This document shows positions 61,662-64,000 of a stretch of 64,000 nucleotides of DNA, in pieces. This stretch comes from Antedon mediterranea. Its lineage: Eukaryota > Animalia > Echinodermata. The DNA lies in NCBI RefSeq assembly GCF_964355755.1, contig NC_092672.1, forward strand, positions 4,340,001 through 4,404,000. The letters run 5' to 3'. A program made the position numbers and the translations under genes. Position 1 is the stretch's first letter; each line of letters starts with the position of its first letter. The notes below the pieces were generated by a model that made no database searches, was not told the DNA's origin, and saw only the letters and a program-made list of their open reading frames with translations.

Positions 61662-62526
61662 TATTATATTATTATTATTATGTTTTCTGAATTTTTTAGA
61701 ATGTTATATAATAGGCCTATTAGAAACATTTCGAACAATCTGCAAGAAACAATAATTTACTTTATTATCAATAAAAATCGTATATATATAAAATAGCCAC
61801 AAATACAAAGGTCTACATGATCAATTTATTAGACAAAAAAATTTCAAATAATAAGTAGGGTCGAATCGACCTGCTATTCGCACCATGTCCATGGTGGACG
61901 TTGCCTTCGCATTTCCTAATCCTAGGTTAGATATGTTTCATGCAAGGTTCCTGGCCTAGCTAGACCTGGCTAGTCGAACACCTGATTAAACTAAACGTTT
62001 GGGCTTCTTATTGTTATCTATATATAATATAATTAGTTTAAACAGACTTTCTGTGGTCGAAAATTAATTAAACATGCCTAATATGGTGCAGAAAAACAAT
62101 TAAAAAAATCGCTCCGTATTTTGTACTCACCCAATAAATCAAAACACGGCAGCACCACGTGTTTTCCCGTGTTTTAAACAACGTCACAAATGTGTGTAAC
62201 GCGTTTATAGCCTGATTACATTTTTCGAATCTATTAAATTCAAAGGCGACATATAATTAATATGATCATGGAGGTATTATACCTCCATGATATGATCTGT
62301 ACATTGATCTGCAATTTTTATAAGTTTCAGAAGGTAATGATTATTTTATAATTGCAAGACCTAACCTAGGATATTTAATTAGTAACTGTGTTTTCTTCTG
62401 TAAAAACGCGTTTGTCATCATAGCAACAAACCAGATTTCATGAGTTGAGGCGCGAACATTTGTTGTGAGCAGCAGATTTCACGATCGCAAATTCTAGGCC
62501 TATATTTTTCATAAAATATAGTAAAT

Positions 62527-63992
62527 ATGGATGATCCAGAAAATTTAGATTTTGCTGAAATGACAATAAATGATGATGTAAGGCTTATAAATTGTCAAAA
62601 TAACCATTTATTTCATTTTAGTTACTGTACATTGTAAAAATTAGCTAGGGCCTAGCCTAGGCCTAACTACGTACTACTTCATTGCTTCAAGATTCTTTCA
62701 CTTGTTTTGTTGTTGGTGGCGAAGTATGGGACCGGTACGCGCATTCGCACCCGGTATCGCCAGGAGGTAGGCCTAGGGCCCGGTATCGCCTAGTAGGGTT
62801 TTCTTACCAGAAACAAGTTAAAATCAGTTAAAATATGGTTAAACTTTTCATTCGTCAACGTGTCAACAACAAAACATCACTTATTTAATATCACAGAGCG
62901 TTTCAGTTTCGGAAAAAACAATTATGAATTAAATTGATCGTACGGTACACCATATCCATACTTTTCTCTGCTTGGCCATTCTATTATTTTAATTTAGGAG
63001 ATTATTTAGAGGGTTTTTAATATGTGGGACAAGTTTTATATTTAGAACCGAGTTTTATATTTAACAATTTTACCGTACCTTTTAGCAAACGGAAGTAAGG
63101 ATATGGTGATCGTATCTTTAGCCACGGCATAAATTGATTAAAAATATCCCAATAACATTAAATATTATGTTAGCATGTACTTGATAACATTTTATATCAT
63201 ACATAAAACTCTACCGGGCGCTACCAAGATTTGCATGACCCGGGCAGATATTTCAGATACCATCAGACGGTCGTTTAGTTGTTCGAGGGGTGTAACATGG
63301 GGTTGTGTATATTTTTCCTCATAAATCTATTACTTGTGCTTGAGGCTAGTCTTAAAAAGTTGTTTGTTCTAGATAATGTTTTCAATGTGTATTTAATATT
63401 TATATAGATAAGAATTAAATTGAATTGTTATCTATTTTACCAAATAGAAAAGGGCCTTTGAGAAAAAAATTATAAAAATGTAGGCTACGCTACTGGTCTT
63501 GTTTTCAATATGTATTTAATATTTTTTTATATAGAAAATTAAATTAGTTATTCTTTTTACAAAACAGAAAAGGGGTCTTTGAAAAAGAATATAATATAAA
63601 AGTGTAGGCTACTGTGCTGGTCTTCATGTTTGTTACCACATTTTAAGAAATAAATTAAGAGGTGTTGTATGTTTATGTGCTTGCAGTATTGGTACTGACT
63701 GTCAAATGGCTGCTGTATTTCCCCCTTCTTTCTTCACCATCTTTTTTTCTTTCAGGATTTAATACCTGCTGACTTTTTATATCACATAAAAATAAACCAT
63801 TCAAAACTTATTTTTGGACCATAACATAGTTGTTGCTGCTCAATGGTGTTACAAACTTCTCTACCAGTAATAACTTTCTGATTTTCTAGAAATTGCATAT
63901 TCCCCTGAAAGAATGTGTTGACTTAGAGGAACTAAGGAGAACTGACGGTAAAGGATGTGAGTTTGAAATTGATGAGGATCAGTTACCACAGA
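62527..63992 (+). CDS. First two coding exons of a gene running off the window, possibly FKBP6/shutdown-like
   Basis: Exons 62527-62577 (MDDPENLDFAEMTINDD) and 63890-63992 (KLHIPLKECVDLEELRRTDGKGCEFEIDEDQLPQ) with good splice sites. The LK..V...EL....G.EFEID pattern resembles my recollection of the invertebrate FKBP6/Shutdown N-terminus; identity is tentative. Confidence 0.45.
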
Positions 63993-64000
63993 GTAAGTAA

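Noticed and set aside
63756-63824. Candidate exon after a strong acceptor (TTCAG|GATTTA)
   Set aside because: Reaches an in-frame stop with no donor; the 63890 exon fits the frame instead.

Overview
AT-rich genomic DNA from an animal, probably an invertebrate deuterostome (echinoderm-like; taxon is inferred, not shown). It contains spliced genes and many transposons, with no prokaryotic features. Gene order: SBDS (-, 4 exons; intron 3 holds a nest of an intact two-ORF L2/Crack-type LINE, a degenerate CR1 LINE and a MITE) | head-to-head, an 8-exon gene encoding only the clathrin heavy-chain N-terminal beta-propeller (373 aa, stop where the leg should begin) | intronless ELP4 (-) head-to-head with CCT6 (+, 10 exons) | two tandem SSUH2 paralogues (+), the first with a PGAY-repeat N-terminus and a 6.4 kb foldback transposon in its intron that carries a candidate minimal hammerhead ribozyme | an 18-exon RRM + F-box + LRR gene (-, EEED8.10-like) | the start of a further gene, possibly FKBP6/shutdown. 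The main candidate novelty is the stand-alone clathrin terminal-domain gene. Gene models were assembled by eye from GT-AG sites and reading frame, and homologies were recognised from memory; no database searches were run.
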